Part shown: in pieces, positions 61,420 to 64,000 of the stretch
How the letters are laid out: each line of letters begins with the position of its first letter
Position numbering within the stretch: position 1 is the stretch's first letter
Assembly: GCF_036971445.1 (NCBI RefSeq)
Contig: NC_091475.1
Coordinates: forward strand, 5,084,001 to 5,148,000
DNA from: Narcine bancroftii
Lineage: Eukaryota
Direction: 5' to 3'
DNA: 64,000 bases
The notes under the pieces: model-generated
What the model saw: only the letters and a program-made list of their open reading frames with translations
What the model was told of the DNA's origin: nothing
The model's database searches: none
Program-made: the position numbers and the translations under genes

Positions 61420-63404
61420 CAAAAAAAAGTGTAACAATGGACATGTATTTATAGTTTTACTGAACTGAAGGGAGCCAGGACACTGCAAAAAGCAGGAAAG
61501 ATTATGATCCAAAAAGCACATAGAAAAACGGCAATGAATCTGAAGAAGAAATATTTCAACATTTAAAATGTTCCTTGCCCCAGGCAAGTTGAGGTGTCAG
61601 TTTTCCAGCCCTAAGAGCATAGGTGGTAAAATGCACTGGAAATTGAATAGCCAGACAATATTTAATTGTCCGGATGGAGGTTTTAAAATGTATGCATTTT
61701 AAAGCACATTAACACTGTAACCTGACTCCTATGGGAAAAGGAAGAAAAAATATGTGCAGTGATCTTATTTAACATTAAGAGCTATTATTTTAACACATTA
61801 TTAAAAACATGAGAATAGGTTTTTTTTAGTCACCCAAAATATCAGTCTGCAATGGTCTAAAATTAATTTGATCTTGGGATCGATTATAATTTTGCTTTGA
61901 TTCAAGACCAGATATACTTAAGTCCCAAAAATTCCTTTCATGAACATTGGGAAGTTAACCATCATCATATTTAATGTACTGCAAATATTTTACCCTGTCT
62001 ATAAAACACAAGCATTCAGAAGTGTCTTTTGAAGGGAGCATCCTCTGTAGATTTATGATGAGATTAGAAATTAGAACTCTTAAGTGGGAGCCATCTAAAT
62101 GTACACTGATATGCACTTAAATGATTTCTGCAATAAGTTTAAAAGATTTATCACATGGTAATTACCATTAGGCACTAAAATGCTCCTTTGATTTTCTGTC
62201 TGATTTTATTATCAATCCATCCAAATTCTAAGACATAACTGAGAACCTTATAAATTGTAGCAAAATGGACAATTTTTATTAAGCAAAATCAATTAGCACA
62301 GCTTCTGGTTGGAAATGTGCTACTGATGACTAAATTACATCTTGTTAATATGTAAAAGCTCAGGACACATGATTATGAAGAAGATATTAAAATCAAATTG
62401 GATCTATAAACATTTAAAATGCCCAAATAATTCACCTCTTATATTTCTGGTTCACAAATTTTACCGGGATGAGTGAAATAAAAGCTGCCATTTTATCCAC
62501 CCTCTATTTTTCATTAAAATTAGGAACAGAGATGATGTTTTAAAATGTTAATCAAATGGTTACAAGAGGGCATTGTGAATTGGGAAGCAAACACAGCATG
62601 GAAAAGAGGAACATCATTCAAAGATTGATCCGTTTTTAATATAATTTGTGTTGAATATATGATAAAAGGAAATAAAATATCAGCAACTGTAAGAGAATAT
62701 TAGAAAAGCAAAATCGTGGATCCTTCTCAGCAGTTAAAAGACCTTATGTGGAGGCTGGAAACTGGCACACTATCTACTGTAGGAAAATCAAGTGGAAAAT
62801 AAATTCAGTTTAACCTTATTTATTGGAAGGAAATGTCCTCAGCAGAAAACAAAAAGAAAAATACTGCTCGATTGAATGACATCAATTCACCTCGACAATG
62901 GCAGTAATAGAATGTTGGCCAACAGACCAATCACTCTGTCAACACTATTAGGGACAACAGATGGATACTCAACATGAAACATCAGGAAAAGCAGATGGGT
63001 ACTGCTCACTAATTTCCAGGAGTCAGATTGCTTCCTTCTGGCCAGCCAGATATCATTATCCCTCTTTCCCATCCCCATCTCCAACCATTATACTATTAAA
63101 AAAAATAAATGTGCAGCCCAAAACCAGGCCTGCAAAAATTGAGGGAGAGGTGGGAGTCAGACTTGGGAATAATGATCGATGAGAGTGTTGGTCAGATTCA
63201 TGTAGGGCAAGTGTAACATCGTGATCAACGCCAGACTAAGATTGGTACAATATAATTTCTCATACCAATTATAACTCATGCCAGAAAAATTGCATAAAGG
63301 AAAATCAGAGACATTGGAAATGTGCTTCAGGTGTGGGATAGAAATTGGTACCTTTATACATTCCACATTTACCTGCGTGAAGGTGAGACCCTTTTGGTTG
63401 GAAT

Positions 63405-63775
63405 TATAACCATATAACAATTTACAGAATGGAAACAGGCCATTTCGGCCCTTCTAGTCTGCTCCAATTTACATGAAACTCCACTAGTTCCACCTACCGA
63501 CTCCCATGCCCATAACCCTCTAACCCCCTCACATCCATATACTCATCTAGCCTCTTCTTAAATGACAGAATTGACCCTGCTGCAACTACTTCTTCCAGTA
63601 GATCATTCCACTCAGTCACCACTCTCTGAGTGAAGAAGCATCCTCTTATATTACTCCTAAGGTTTTTCCCCCTAACCCTTAACTTATGACCCCTTGTACT
63701 AATCTCCCCTACCCTCACAGGAAAGAGCCTATTCACATCTACTCTATCTATTCCTTTCATAATTTTAATATCTAA
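63405..63775 (-). mobile_element. CR1 3' fragment
   Basis: KIMKGIDRVDVNRLFP...RGCFFTQRVVTEWNDL...FKKRLDEYM; (ataacc)n tail. Confidence 0.92.
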
Positions 63776-64000
63776 TATATTAACTAGGATTATGTGAACA
63801 GACTTCCCACTGGATCCGGAGCTGTATTTATTGGGAAACTTATGAGGATGTGGGCAGAACATTAACTAAATTCCAAATTAAATTTGTAGATATTGCCTTG
63901 TCAGCAGCAAAAAAAAATGCATTGCAATCACCTGAAGTCTGACTCACCCCTGTTCATCCCTCGATGGACCATGGAGATGCACAACTGCGTTCCCATGGAG

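Overview
This is eukaryotic, AT-rich, repeat-dense genomic DNA. The repeat complement (V-SINE/HE1-type tRNA SINEs, a Deu-domain SINE relic, abundant CR1 and Rex/Babar LINE ends, Penelope pLTR repeats) points to a cartilaginous fish; that assignment is an inference. I found no host protein-coding gene, rRNA, tRNA or CRISPR array that I can support, so the window looks intronic or intergenic. More than half of it is nested, mostly dead transposable elements: several L1/Tx1-clade LINE pieces (a near-complete ORF2, two 5'UTR/ORF1 copies, 3'UTR stubs), a 5'-deleted Gypsy provirus with its 3' LTR plus solo LTRs, a near full-length two-gene intron-containing PIF/Harbinger transposon, hAT and Tc1/mariner-type MITEs, Penelope remnants, a young RTE, L2, CR1 and Rex/Babar fragments. 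The most unusual observations are: (1) two independent L1 insertions whose target-site duplications (TSDs) map within 2-3 nt of the same position of CR1; (2) a 17-copy 29-bp minisatellite built from the degenerate hammerhead-ribozyme core of a Penelope pLTR; (3) a conserved antisense splice donor with E-box and YY1-like motifs in the L1 5' end; (4) a hAT MITE that is a composite of two mini-elements around a fixed passenger segment. All family calls come from motif recognition by eye, not database searches. Boundaries without a stated TSD are approximate.
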